Shown in pieces: positions 39,327 to 49,141 of a stretch of 64,000 nucleotides of DNA. Source of the DNA: Candidatus Iainarchaeum sp. (GTDB lineage Archaea; Iainarchaeota; Iainarchaeia; Iainarchaeales; JAXPJC01); the NCBI GenBank assembly GCA_016187745.1, contig JACPJC010000006.1:115682-179681 (forward strand). The letters are read 5' to 3'. The position numbers were made by a program, and so were the translations under genes. How positions within the stretch are numbered: the first letter of the stretch is position 1; every line of letters begins with the position of its first letter. Below the pieces are notes generated by a model. That model was not told where the DNA came from. It searched no databases and saw only the letters and a program-made list of their open reading frames with translations.

Positions 39327-40520
39327 TCAGAGGTATTTCATCATTATCTTAACAAGGCCCGGCCTTTTCACAAGCTTCTTTGCGAACAATATGAATTTTG
39401 CCTTCTTGTCCAAATCCCCCGAGGCAATTTTCAAAACATCGTCTGCAGTAATGGAATCTGCAAGATATTCAAAATCCGCATCAGAAAGCTTCTCAAGGAG
39501 ATGCCTGCCCTTAAGGCGCTTTTTCAATTGATTTCCGCGCAATGCATACCATTTTTGGGTGTATTTCCCGAGGAATTTTTCTGAAAAATCGTTTTTTGCA
39601 ACTGCTTCCGAGGCGACTTCCGCTGCAAGCGCGCCTGCCTCCATTGAAATCCCTATTCCTCCCCCGTGGATCGGGTCAACCTGGTGCGCGGCATCCCCTG
39701 CGATTAGCAAATTATCAGAATGCATTTTTTCAAGGAATCCCCCTACTGGAATCCCGCCTGAATTGACTTCAATAATGCTGCCCTTCGAAAGATTGGGATG
39801 GGAGGCAATGAATTTATCCAAATAGTATTTTGCTGTTTTTTCAGCATAGCCGGCAATCCCTATTCCGACGTTTGCTGTGCCCCTGCGCTTCGGGAAGATC
39901 CAGCAGTATCCCCTGGGTGAGATTTCATTCCCGAAATAAAGGTGCAGCAATTTCTCATCATAGCCGTCAATTCCTGTAAGCTCATACTGGAAGCCCGAAT
40001 CAACATCCGGCAATTTGTTTGTAGTATCAAGGCCCAGCATGCGCGCAATGCGCGAATCAATCCCGTCGCATGCAATTATGAGCGGAGCGGAATACTGCTT
40101 AATTTCGCCCAATTCATTCACATCAATGACAACATTCCCGTTTTCCCTGCGCGCGCTTTTCACATTGCTCTTCAGCCTTATTTTTGCGCCCTTTTTTACA
40201 GCATCAATTGCGAGCGCCTTCTCAAACATCTTTCTTTCAAGCACATAGCCCGCTACTTTCTTTGCCTTCAGCACAACACTCTTTCCCAAAGGGGAATAAA
40301 GCGCGGCGCCGTAAATCGGCATAACTGCCCATTCCTTGCTTGGCTTCAAACCAAGGCGCCTGAACCATCCTAGCCCAAGGCCTTCGGCGCAGCGCTTCGG
40401 GCAGCCAATCTCCTGCTTCCTGTCAAGGACAAGGGCATTGATTTTCCGCTCGGCAAGCTTTGCTGCTGCGCTCAGCCCCGCGGGACCCGCGCCAATAATT
40501 ATCACACCGTATTCTTCCAT
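39327..40520 (-). CDS. Geranylgeranyl reductase family (DGGGPL reductase-like)
   Basis: IIGAGPAG, RCAEG, PRGYCWIFP (PxGYxWxFP), GDAA, GGGI. Confidence 0.9.
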   Translation of the reverse strand: MEEYGVIIIGAGPAGLSAAAKLAERKINALVLDRKQEIGCPKRCAEGLGLGWFRRLGLKPSKEWAVMPIYGAALYSPLGKSVVLKAKKVAGYVLERKMFEKALAIDAVKKGAKIRLKSNVKSARRENGNVVIDVNELGEIKQYSAPLIIACDGIDSRIARMLGLDTTNKLPDVDSGFQYELTGIDGYDEKLLHLYFGNEISPRGYCWIFPKRRGTANVGIGIAGYAEKTAKYYLDKFIASHPNLSKGSIIEVNSGGIPVGGFLEKMHSDNLLIAGDAAHQVDPIHGGGIGISMEAGALAAEVASEAVAKNDFSEKFLGKYTQKWYALRGNQLKKRLKGRHLLEKLSDADFEYLADSITADDVLKIASGDLDKKAKFILFAKKLVKRPGLVKIMMKYL

Positions 40521-40524
40521 TCTC

Positions 40525-40707
40525 TCACTTCTTCTCAATTTTGCCCAACGCGCCCACAGGGCACATGCGGATGCACGCAAGGCAGTCAATGCACTTGCTG
40601 TTGTCAATCTCAATGCGCACTTCGTCCAGCCCTATGCAGTTTTTCGGGCAGACCGCTACGCATGCGCCGCAGTAGCAGCATTTCTCCCTGTTCACTTTAA
40701 CCCCCAT
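40525..40707 (-). CDS. 2x[4Fe-4S] ferredoxin
   Basis: CCYCGACVAVCP and CIDCLACIRMCP. Confidence 0.93.
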   Translation of the reverse strand: MGVKVNREKCCYCGACVAVCPKNCIGLDEVRIEIDNSKCIDCLACIRMCPVGALGKIEKK

Positions 40708-40759
40708 ATCACATCACAAAAGCATAAAAATAGGGGAAACAAAGCAATAAAAACATAAT

Positions 40760-41167
40760 TCAATGCTGTCTGCCTGAAATTAATTCCTCAGGAGTTTTTG
40801 TTTCAACATATTTGGCTGCTTCTTTGCGCAATCTTCTGTCCTCAGTTATAAGAATGCAATTAAGCTTCATTGCGGAGCATACAATCGGCTTGTCTGCCTT
40901 GTCGGTAAGTTCTACTCTGGAAGTTTCTTCTCTTGATGGGTCTGCGACAATTAGGCACGCTTCTTTGATTATATCAACAGAATAATTGATTGCTGTTTCA
41001 TCTGCATGAGATTTTTCTTTCAATATTTTTCTAAGCTCTTTGATTGCAAATTCATTTGTATATTTTTGTGTGCGATGCTCAAGGAGAATTTTATGGCTTA
41101 TGCCATACTGAAATGAAAGCCCTGAGAATAAAACAGTGGTGTCTAGGAACAGCGGCTTATTCGCCAT
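40760..41167 (-). CDS. PIN-domain (VapC-like) toxin
   Basis: FLDTTVL, E, DKAD, ILITED acidic residues. Confidence 0.85.
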   Translation of the reverse strand: MANKPLFLDTTVLFSGLSFQYGISHKILLEHRTQKYTNEFAIKELRKILKEKSHADETAINYSVDIIKEACLIVADPSREETSRVELTDKADKPIVCSAMKLNCILITEDRRLRKEAAKYVETKTPEELISGRQH

Positions 41168-41420
41168 ATTGCTCAGCATAAACCTTTCTTCCAATCTCTC
41201 TGCATATCTTCACAACATCTTTTTGCGTTATGTGCCTTTGCTTTGCAAGCGCCTCTAGTTCTTTCAGAACATCTTCTTTGACGAATGCTGCCTTTCTTAG
41301 AATTATCTCGCTATCCCTCTCGGCGACCTCCAAAACCGTGCTTGTGCCTATTCTGTGCTTCTTTCTTATGAAAGCAGGCAGTGTTATTTGCCCATGGATA
41401 TTCACATTTACGTGGGTCAT
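41157..41420 (-). CDS. AbrB/MazE-type antitoxin
   Basis: VNIHGQITLPAFIRKKHRI...IILRK; overlaps the PIN gene. Confidence 0.88.
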   Translation of the reverse strand: MTHVNVNIHGQITLPAFIRKKHRIGTSTVLEVAERDSEIILRKAAFVKEDVLKELEALAKQRHITQKDVVKICREIGRKVYAEQYGE

Positions 41421-41481
41421 ATTCTTGCCTCCTGTATTAATTTATTAAAGTATTAATTTATTAAATCTATTGATTGCAGCG

Positions 41482-42072
41482 CTATACGAACTGCTCATAA
41501 TTCTGCGCGTTGAACTTGTAGAGGAAGCGCCTGATTTTCGCGCCATTGAATGAATAATTTGCAAGAACTTTCTCCCTTTCCCCCGAGAATTCCATAAATG
41601 GCTTTTTCTGCGCAGCATCCAGCAGAATGAACTTTCCCCCGAACTCCGTAATTGCAAATGCATGCGTATCTGCATTCTCAAGCTCCGCCACAACGACTTC
41701 CGCCTTCTCATCCCCGAGCGCATAAAGCACGCTGCACATAAGGACTGCAAGGTCAGAATCGTCCGCAACTTTTGCTGAAAGTATTTCCTTCGGGGCAAGC
41801 CAGATGTCAAGGCCCAATTCGCTCGGGATATAGGAGATTTCGGCGCAAATGAAATTGTATGCGCCTTCCGCTGCCTGCAGGTAATGCGCGCCGAATTCAT
41901 AATTTTCAGGCATTTGCGCGGAAGCAATCCCCTGGATTGTAAGGTCCTCGGAATTGACAAGCGCCTTTATTTCCCCCACTGTCTTTGTTTCCTTCTCGTT
42001 TATCAAAGAGGAATATTTATCCAGAAGCAGGCGGTAAAGCCTAAGGCGCAGCCCGGTTTCAGTTTCAGCCAT
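41482..42072 (-). CDS. Transglutaminase-like fold protein lacking the catalytic Cys
   Basis: PKEIL...ADDSDLAVLMCS...HAF...LLD, where the canonical motif is GDCxD. Confidence 0.65.
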   Translation of the reverse strand: MAETETGLRLRLYRLLLDKYSSLINEKETKTVGEIKALVNSEDLTIQGIASAQMPENYEFGAHYLQAAEGAYNFICAEISYIPSELGLDIWLAPKEILSAKVADDSDLAVLMCSVLYALGDEKAEVVVAELENADTHAFAITEFGGKFILLDAAQKKPFMEFSGEREKVLANYSFNGAKIRRFLYKFNAQNYEQFV

Positions 42073-42152
42073 CAGATGAAATATATGGGAAAGAAAGGGG
42101 TATAAATGATATAGTATTTATAATAGAAGCGCATTCTTATATTGGAAATAAC

Positions 42153-43574
42153 ATGCGGCAGAAAGGGCAGGAAGCGGTTGAATACCTTGCGGTAATAATA
42201 GTGATGCTGCTTATTGTCGGGATTATTTTTGTGTATTCGCTTGACCTTTCCCAGCGCACCGTAATAACGGAGCAGGCAAGGAATGCCGTAAAAACCCTCG
42301 CGAATTCCGCGGACCTTGTTTATGCCTCCGGCCCGGGAAGCAAGATATATGCGGAAATAGAGCTGCCTGCAAACCTTGAGGGGGAAATCCTCGGGGACAA
42401 TGAAATAGGCTATAAGGTCAGAATAGGGGATGCACTTACCGACATATATGAGGTGACAAAGGCGCAGGTTACCGGGGAGCTTCCAATAGAGGCGGGAAAG
42501 CATTCAGTTGCGCTTGAGATGCTTGACAGCGGGTTTGTTAGGATAGGCGCAGGATTGATATTGAGCCCGAACAAGATTGCAAAAACAATTCTTCCGGGAA
42601 ACAGCTCAAGCGAAACCCTTACCGCATGGAATTCAACTTCCGCTTCCCTTTCCGGAATAACAAACTCGAAATCCGGGGGCATTGATGCGTTTACAAGCTT
42701 GGGGGCAATATCCTCAACGCTTGATGCAAATGCCTCGGACAGCTTTGACGCGCTATTTAACATTCCCTCGGGAACCTCCTCATCCACTTACTCCGGATAT
42801 GTTGCTGTCGATTCAAATTCCGGGCAGGGGGACAGGGCCCTGGTGCAGATATTCGTGCCGCAGGTCCTTACAAACATCAATGTGAAGGCCTATTCCGACT
42901 CAAATTATTCCTCGCATTCAGTCAATTTCGGAATCGGCTCAACTGTTTATTTTGAGGTTCTTGCCTATGACCAGGGCGCTTCGCCTGTTTCGCTTTCAGA
43001 CCTTAATGTTTTTGTGAAAAACCCTTCCGGAAGCGATGTGAATGTGTTCAGGAACTTAAGCGCGCCGAACGGGAGATACCTGGGGACTTTCAAGGTTCCG
43101 TGCGATGGCGCTTCCGGAAGCTGGACAATACTCGCAAACGGAAAGGCGTATTCCGCAGTGAGCGACTCAAATAATTTCAATGTAACAACAGTGGAGCAGC
43201 AGAGCTTCTTCGAGTTTGACTGGCTTACCGCGAGCTTTGCCTCCGCAGGGAAACATCTCAATGATTGGACTATCCGCAATATTGGCTGCGGAAGCATAAC
43301 AATAACAGACATGAATGTCGCGTGGTTCAATGATGCGGACAATGCAAAGCTGAAGAAAATAAGATTCAGCAATTCGGAAGTGTGGAGCGGCACATCTTCA
43401 GGAAACAGCTTCCTGAACATAGATGATTATTCCATAGGCGCCGGCATAGAGATAAGCACAAACAACAAGCTTGAATTTGATGATGAAGTGAATGACAATT
43501 CAGAGCAGTTCATCCTTACATTCAAATTCGGGGACGGAAGCACATACAAGACCCCAACATACTCTGCAGGCTGA
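42153..43574 (+). CDS. Large minor pilin-like protein
   Basis: KG|QEAVEY class III signal, ADLVYASGPGS motif, beta-rich C-terminus. Confidence 0.82.
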   Translation: MRQKGQEAVEYLAVIIVMLLIVGIIFVYSLDLSQRTVITEQARNAVKTLANSADLVYASGPGSKIYAEIELPANLEGEILGDNEIGYKVRIGDALTDIYEVTKAQVTGELPIEAGKHSVALEMLDSGFVRIGAGLILSPNKIAKTILPGNSSSETLTAWNSTSASLSGITNSKSGGIDAFTSLGAISSTLDANASDSFDALFNIPSGTSSSTYSGYVAVDSNSGQGDRALVQIFVPQVLTNINVKAYSDSNYSSHSVNFGIGSTVYFEVLAYDQGASPVSLSDLNVFVKNPSGSDVNVFRNLSAPNGRYLGTFKVPCDGASGSWTILANGKAYSAVSDSNNFNVTTVEQQSFFEFDWLTASFASAGKHLNDWTIRNIGCGSITITDMNVAWFNDADNAKLKKIRFSNSEVWSGTSSGNSFLNIDDYSIGAGIEISTNNKLEFDDEVNDNSEQFILTFKFGDGSTYKTPTYSAG

Positions 43575-43584
43575 TGGGAATTTT

Positions 43585-43977
43585 ATGAAGGGCAGCATAG
43601 GGATTGAAACTATTGCGGTTGTAATGCTCCTGCTTGCGATGTTCGTAATCATAAATCTTTCAATAATAAACAACACGGATTTGGTAAATGCGCTGTCCGA
43701 GCAGTTCAGGCTGCAGGCAGAATGCAAGAAGGTTGCGGGCATAATAAGCGGAATTTACAGCGCGGGGGACGGCGCAAAATGGCAGGGGGAAATTGACAGG
43801 AATGCCGCAGTTTATTCCGATTACATTGACTTGTGGGATGGGAATTCCGGGTTCCCTGAACTTAAAAGCGTTTACTGCGCATTTTATGCGGATCTTAATG
43901 AAAGCGATTTCAATCTGGCAAGCGGGGGCATAATTGTTGAAAACAGCAGCGGGAAGGTTGTGATAAAAAATGCCTGA
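43585..43977 (+). CDS. Minor pilin-like protein
   Basis: MKG|SIGIE plus hydrophobic helix. Confidence 0.75.
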   Translation: MKGSIGIETIAVVMLLLAMFVIINLSIINNTDLVNALSEQFRLQAECKKVAGIISGIYSAGDGAKWQGEIDRNAAVYSDYIDLWDGNSGFPELKSVYCAFYADLNESDFNLASGGIIVENSSGKVVIKNA

Positions 43978-44458
43978 ATTCGGGAATTCCAGAGGGCAGG
44001 TGGTTTCATATGACCTGATGATTGCAATATTCATATTCCTGCTTGTTTTTGCATTTGCGCTGAGCGTTTGGCAGAATTCCATTGGCGCAATTGCAGGGGA
44101 GAAAATCCTTTATGAAATGAAGAATTCCGCAGTGCAGATTTCAAACCAGCTTGTAATGACCCCGGGAGTTCCGAGCAACTGGCATCTTAGCGGGGATGCG
44201 AACCTTTATGGCTTCGCATTGTCAAGGCGCGCGCTTTCGCTGCAGAAGCTAAATGCATTCAAGGCGCTGGATTACAATTCAGCAAAGGGCAGAATGGGAA
44301 TTGCCGATTATGACTTCTACATAAAGATTGAGCAGGACCTGAACAAGGCCTATGAGGCAGGAAGCATAAAAAGCGGCGCAGAGATTGCAATAAATTCATC
44401 AAGGGTTGTGAGCTACAATGGAAAAAATGCGATATTTTATTTCACGCTCTACAAATAA
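43970..44458 (+). CDS. Minor pilin-like protein
   Basis: RG|QVVSYD plus hydrophobic helix; TPGVPSNW motif. Confidence 0.78.
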   Translation: MPEFGNSRGQVVSYDLMIAIFIFLLVFAFALSVWQNSIGAIAGEKILYEMKNSAVQISNQLVMTPGVPSNWHLSGDANLYGFALSRRALSLQKLNAFKALDYNSAKGRMGIADYDFYIKIEQDLNKAYEAGSIKSGAEIAINSSRVVSYNGKNAIFYFTLYK

Positions 44459-44462
44459 CGGG

Positions 44463-44894
44463 ATGCGGAAGGGGCACATGCTGACCCTCGATGCCGCATT
44501 CTCAATAGTCATACTTATGGCCCTTGTGGGGATCATGGGCTATGTGCCATTGATGGGGAGCAACGACCCCTACTCCGGGCTCAATATGCAGAGGAGCATG
44601 AATGATGCGCTTGACCTGCTTGATGCGCAGGGGGTCCTGCAGCAGTTTGATTCGAATAAAATTTCCACGGAGATAGATTCAGCAATGCCCGTGCAGTATT
44701 CGTGGAGGATGCGCATTGAGAAATTCTCCTATGCGAATGACTCATTTACGGAAAGGGATGAGATAAATTTCGGCGCGGGCGATGCAAACCTCTCGGGAAA
44801 GGATTTGATGCACGGGAGAAGGCTTTTCCTTACATTTAAGGACAATGAAATTGAGTATTTCTATGATGCGCAGTACTGGGTATGGGTGAAATGA
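44463..44894 (+). CDS. Minor pilin-like protein
   Basis: RKG|HMLTLDA plus hydrophobic helix. Confidence 0.75.
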   Translation: MRKGHMLTLDAAFSIVILMALVGIMGYVPLMGSNDPYSGLNMQRSMNDALDLLDAQGVLQQFDSNKISTEIDSAMPVQYSWRMRIEKFSYANDSFTERDEINFGAGDANLSGKDLMHGRRLFLTFKDNEIEYFYDAQYWVWVK

Positions 44895-44901
44895 TGGGGC
44901 A

Positions 44902-45004
44902 GAAGGAAGGGGTCAGGATTAACCTCAAAACTAAGGAAGGTATCGGAAACGTAGTTTCTGATGGAAAACTGGTGGAAACCTTGGTTTCCCGCGGTTTGGT
45001 GCGG
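44902..45004 (+). repeat. ~100-bp hairpin-containing dispersed repeat, copy A
   Basis: Near-identical to the reverse complement of 54837-54937. Confidence 0.95.
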
Positions 45005-45012
45005 GTGAAATA

Positions 45013-45861
45013 ATGGGGGGCAGGGGAATTATATTAACGCTGACAATACTGCTGTTCAGCCTTGCGGTTATAGGGCTGAGCTCGCAATTGAGGGAAAACA
45101 CAAGGCTGCTTGAGCAGAATGCGCAGTTTGTTTCCGCAATAGACAGGGTCGCATACAAATTTGAGAATGTGCAGGACAACATATATGACATAATGCTCAA
45201 CGTAGGGAACATGGATTTTGATTCAAATGCCGAAGCGATATGGTTTTATGAGAGGCTGCCCGAGAAAACAAAGAAGGACACTTACCAGATTGACCTGGAT
45301 GCGTACAGGGAATTTGTCTTCCTGCATTCTGATGCGCTTGATGTGAACATAAATTCAGCAACTGTGGACGTGAGGGATTTGCTCGTTTCCCCCTATGACA
45401 TAAACTACACGCACTCGAAGGACAAGGGGAAATACTACAATGAAATTTCATATTCCCCTGAAAGCCTTAATTTTGAGGGCTATTTCATTGACATTACCCT
45501 GCAGAACCAGGATTACAACGGGATAATAAAAAACATGAAAACGTCTCCAACCAACAACATAAATCTTGATTTGGTAATAAGGAACAGCACAAAAATTACT
45601 GAGAATGAGCTGCACTACACTGATGTGGACCCTACAAAAACCAGCACAATAACAGTAAAGACCTCCGGCGTGGCGCAGAAGGACATTGAGATAACAATAA
45701 CTCCCACAGGAGTCCTTACAATAACCAACAACAATCAGGTCCCAATAGACATAAATTCGGGAATAAATTTCGGGGCGCTTGCGACTGAAATGCCAATAGT
45801 GGAGCTTCCTGACAATATGGTTGTGGTGGGGAGCGCGGACTATAATGTAGAAAAGAGGTAG
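45013..45861 (+). CDS. Pilus-associated exported protein
   Basis: RG|IIL plus hydrophobic helix, within the pilin operon. Confidence 0.72.
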   Translation: MGGRGIILTLTILLFSLAVIGLSSQLRENTRLLEQNAQFVSAIDRVAYKFENVQDNIYDIMLNVGNMDFDSNAEAIWFYERLPEKTKKDTYQIDLDAYREFVFLHSDALDVNINSATVDVRDLLVSPYDINYTHSKDKGKYYNEISYSPESLNFEGYFIDITLQNQDYNGIIKNMKTSPTNNINLDLVIRNSTKITENELHYTDVDPTKTSTITVKTSGVAQKDIEITITPTGVLTITNNNQVPIDINSGINFGALATEMPIVELPDNMVVVGSADYNVEKR

Positions 45862-45900
45862 GATTAATAATTAATAAAATATAATATTCTTGGTGCAAAA

Positions 45901-47547
45901 ATGGCCGGGGAAGAAAAAAGGGGCTTGGAGCAGGGCTCTGCGGAATCTGGAAAGAAAAGCGGGCATTTCGACATAGTGGATTTCATTCTGGGGCTTTTGG
46001 GGCTGAAAAAGCGCGGCGGGGAAATTGGGATAAAGCCCGAAGCGCCCGGGAAAAAGCCCGCAACCCTGCCGGCAATCAAAAGGCCTGCCCGCAGGAAGGC
46101 AGGGCAAAAAAAGAAAAAAACAGGGAAAATCGCGCGCGGGAAAAAGGCAAAAAAAAGAAGGGCTGAAAAATTAATACCGGAAAGGGAAGAGCACAAAACA
46201 AGCAGAATTGCAAAGCCGGCTGCAGGAAGGGAAAAAGCCGGGGGGGTGCCGAAGCTTCCGGAAGCGATAAGGGTCGTTTATGAAAGCGCCGCAAGGGATG
46301 AGGGCGCAATTGAGGGGGACATCTCAACAACAAAAAAGCTGCTTGAGAGGATTGAAAACCAGTTCTTCCGGAGGGAAATAAGCGAGGAGGAATACAGGAA
46401 AAGGAAATCCGAACTGGAGGAAAAACTTTTCGTGCTTGAGGAAAAGCGCAAGGGCCTGCAGAAGAACAGGCTGCAGCTTGCGAAGTATGCGCAGACGCAA
46501 AAGGAGGAGGGCAGGGCAAAAACCGAAATTGCGCAGATAACCGCAAAAATGCAGGGGCTTGAGCAGGATTTTTCTTCGGGAAAGATAAGCGAGGAAGCTT
46601 ACGGCGGCACAAAGGCGGCATATGAATCAAGGCTTTTTGAGCTGAAGAGAAAGGCCAGGAAAGTTGAGGGGCAGAGAATTTCCGCAGAGAAGGAAGTTCT
46701 TGGAGGTTCAGGGAAAAAAGAAGGGCCAGGCGGGATAATAGCAAAGCCGGGGAAGGGGGCAGGGGCGGAAGAAGGGCCGGCGGGGATGGTTGAGCTTCCG
46801 AAGGGAATAACAGCAAAGCCCGGAGGGAAAATAGAAGTTCCGGAAATGAGGCGCAAGCCGGCGGAGAAGAGACAAAAGCCCGCTGAAAAGGCAGTTCCTG
46901 AAACTGAAAAGCCAATTATTGAAAAGCTCATGGAGGCAAAGGCCTCAGGCACAATAGATGAGGGCAAATTAAAGGAGCTTGAGGGGCACATAAGGGAGCT
47001 GATGAAAACTTACAACATCCCTGAAGGGGAGATTGAAAAGGAAATCGGGGGGATAAGGGCTGACCATGCGCTTGAGGACGCGGAAAAGCTGATTGATTTG
47101 ATGGAATTGGAGCACAGGGCGCAGGGGTTGGAGGGAACTGAGCATGAAGAAGCCAAGCGTGAGGAGGCAAAGGCAGTAATAAAGGAAATAAAGAAGCACA
47201 GGATTGTAACGGATTTTGACAGGATATTGCAGCTTGTGAATGAAAGGGGAAAAATAAAAACTAATGATGCGATCAAGGAACTCGGCATACAGCCGAAGAG
47301 GATGGATGAGGTTGTGGAAATACTGGAGAGGGAAGGGCTTGTGAAGATTGAGTATTCTGCAGTTGGGAGCGCATGGATTTTCTCCCCGGAATACAAAAAG
47401 CCCGTGCAGGAAAAGGGAAAGAAAAAGGCTGTTGGAGCCGAAGCAAAGCCCGGGGCCGCAAAACCAGAAGTCCAGAAAAAGAAATTCAGCTTTATTGAGG
47501 CGCTCAAAATAAGGCGCCCGGAAAACAAGGAAAGCAAAAAAGCATAA
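45901..47547 (+). CDS. Low-complexity protein with SHOCT-like motifs and a C-terminal wHTH-like domain
   Basis: REISEEEY and GKISEEAY motifs; TDFDRILQLV...ILEREGLVKIEY; precedes the ATPase. Confidence 0.7.
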   Translation: MAGEEKRGLEQGSAESGKKSGHFDIVDFILGLLGLKKRGGEIGIKPEAPGKKPATLPAIKRPARRKAGQKKKKTGKIARGKKAKKRRAEKLIPEREEHKTSRIAKPAAGREKAGGVPKLPEAIRVVYESAARDEGAIEGDISTTKKLLERIENQFFRREISEEEYRKRKSELEEKLFVLEEKRKGLQKNRLQLAKYAQTQKEEGRAKTEIAQITAKMQGLEQDFSSGKISEEAYGGTKAAYESRLFELKRKARKVEGQRISAEKEVLGGSGKKEGPGGIIAKPGKGAGAEEGPAGMVELPKGITAKPGGKIEVPEMRRKPAEKRQKPAEKAVPETEKPIIEKLMEAKASGTIDEGKLKELEGHIRELMKTYNIPEGEIEKEIGGIRADHALEDAEKLIDLMELEHRAQGLEGTEHEEAKREEAKAVIKEIKKHRIVTDFDRILQLVNERGKIKTNDAIKELGIQPKRMDEVVEILEREGLVKIEYSAVGSAWIFSPEYKKPVQEKGKKKAVGAEAKPGAAKPEVQKKKFSFIEALKIRRPENKESKKA

Positions 47548-47576
47548 AAGGGAATGACTTAATATTGGGGGATACA

Positions 47577-49139
47577 ATGCCGGGAAAATTCGCATCAAAG
47601 AAGCAGAAGGAAAAGCCTGAAAGGGCAACCGACGGCTTCAGGCGCGTTCTTGAGAGCTACAAGGTTGAAGCGGACAATGTGAAAGTTGAAGTGGACATAG
47701 CGGATGACAAGGATTCGTTTGTGAAGATGTATCTCCTTAACATTCCCGAGTATGGCCCCGGGACGCGCGCGCTGCTTGACAGCCTGAAGGGGAGCATAAT
47801 CTCCGAGGCAACCATTGAGGCGGAGAAAATGTTTGATGTGAAGTTTGTTTCCGCGCTTAAGGAAAGGTTCAGCAGGCGCGCTGAATCAATACTGCAGAAG
47901 GAGCTCCCCAACATAACCCCCGAAATAAAAAACACGCTCATAGGGATGCTGCTCCAGGAGATGCTGGGGCTGGGGAGAATTGAGTTCCTTCTCAACGATG
48001 CGAATTTGGAGGAAATCGTAATAAATTCCTCAACAGAGCCCATGTGGGTATACCACAGGAAATACGGCTGGCTCAAAACTAACATCAACATAGACAAGGA
48101 AAACGACATCCAGAATTATGCGAGCATAATCGCAAGAAGGGTTGGAAAGCAGATTACAATCCTTGATCCATTGCTTGATGCGCATCTGATAACAGGGGAC
48201 AGGGCAAATGCAACGCTCTTCCCGATATCCGGGAAGGGAAACACGCTTACAATAAGGCGCTTCAGGAGGGAGCCCTGGACAGTTACGGATTTCATAGAAA
48301 ATGGGACTGCAACAGCGGAGATAATGGCGCTTGTATGGACCGCAATGGAGTATGAGCTTAACATGATTGTAAGCGGAGGGACTGCTTCAGGAAAAACCTC
48401 ATTCCTAAATGTGTGCATGCCTTTCATACAGCCGAACCACAGGATAATAAGTATCGAGGACACTAGGGAATTAGTTATGCCGGAATTCCTGCACTGGGTC
48501 CCATTAACCACAAGGGAGCCTAATCCGGAAGGAAAGGGCGGCGTTGCAATGCTTGACCTTCTTGTAAATTCCCTGAGGATGCGCCCGGACAGGATAATTG
48601 TCGGGGAGGTAAGAAGGCAGAGGGAAGCCGAGGTAATGTTCGAGGGAATGCACACAGGGCACAGCGTTTATACTACTGTTCATGCGGACACTGCGGAAGA
48701 AACAATACACAGGCTAACAAACCCCCCGATTTCAATTCCCCCATCAATGCTAACGACAGTGCATTTGAATGTTGTAATGTTCAGGAACAGGAGGCTGGGG
48801 GTAAGGCGCATCCTGCAAGTGGCTGAATATGTTCCCGAAAAGCGCACCGAGGACATTGAAATAGTGAAGCCCAACATACTCTACCGCTGGAAGGCCGCGA
48901 ATGACATAATTTCCAAGCACTCGGAGAGCATAAGGCTTTATGACGAGCTTGGCCTCTACACGGGAATGAGCCAGGATGAAATCAACCGCGAGCTGAAGGT
49001 GAAGCAGGCGATACTGCGCTGGATGGTTGAAAAGAAAATAAATGCGATAGATGATGTGGGGAAGCTTATGGCGCTTTATTACAAGAACCGCGATGAAGTG
49101 ATAGGCATGGTAAAGGAAAACAAGAGGCCGGAGCTGTAA
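47577..49139 (+). CDS. Type IV pilus assembly ATPase (TadA/VirB11 family)
   Basis: EEIVIN, GGTASGKT, SIEDTREL, LRMRPDRIIVGEVR, HTGH...TVHA. Confidence 0.95.
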   Translation: MPGKFASKKQKEKPERATDGFRRVLESYKVEADNVKVEVDIADDKDSFVKMYLLNIPEYGPGTRALLDSLKGSIISEATIEAEKMFDVKFVSALKERFSRRAESILQKELPNITPEIKNTLIGMLLQEMLGLGRIEFLLNDANLEEIVINSSTEPMWVYHRKYGWLKTNINIDKENDIQNYASIIARRVGKQITILDPLLDAHLITGDRANATLFPISGKGNTLTIRRFRREPWTVTDFIENGTATAEIMALVWTAMEYELNMIVSGGTASGKTSFLNVCMPFIQPNHRIISIEDTRELVMPEFLHWVPLTTREPNPEGKGGVAMLDLLVNSLRMRPDRIIVGEVRRQREAEVMFEGMHTGHSVYTTVHADTAEETIHRLTNPPISIPPSMLTTVHLNVVMFRNRRLGVRRILQVAEYVPEKRTEDIEIVKPNILYRWKAANDIISKHSESIRLYDELGLYTGMSQDEINRELKVKQAILRWMVEKKINAIDDVGKLMALYYKNRDEVIGMVKENKRPEL

Positions 49140-49141
49140 AA

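Noticed and set aside
46076-47628. Several long - strand ORFs
   Set aside because: Shadows of a purine-rich low-complexity gene
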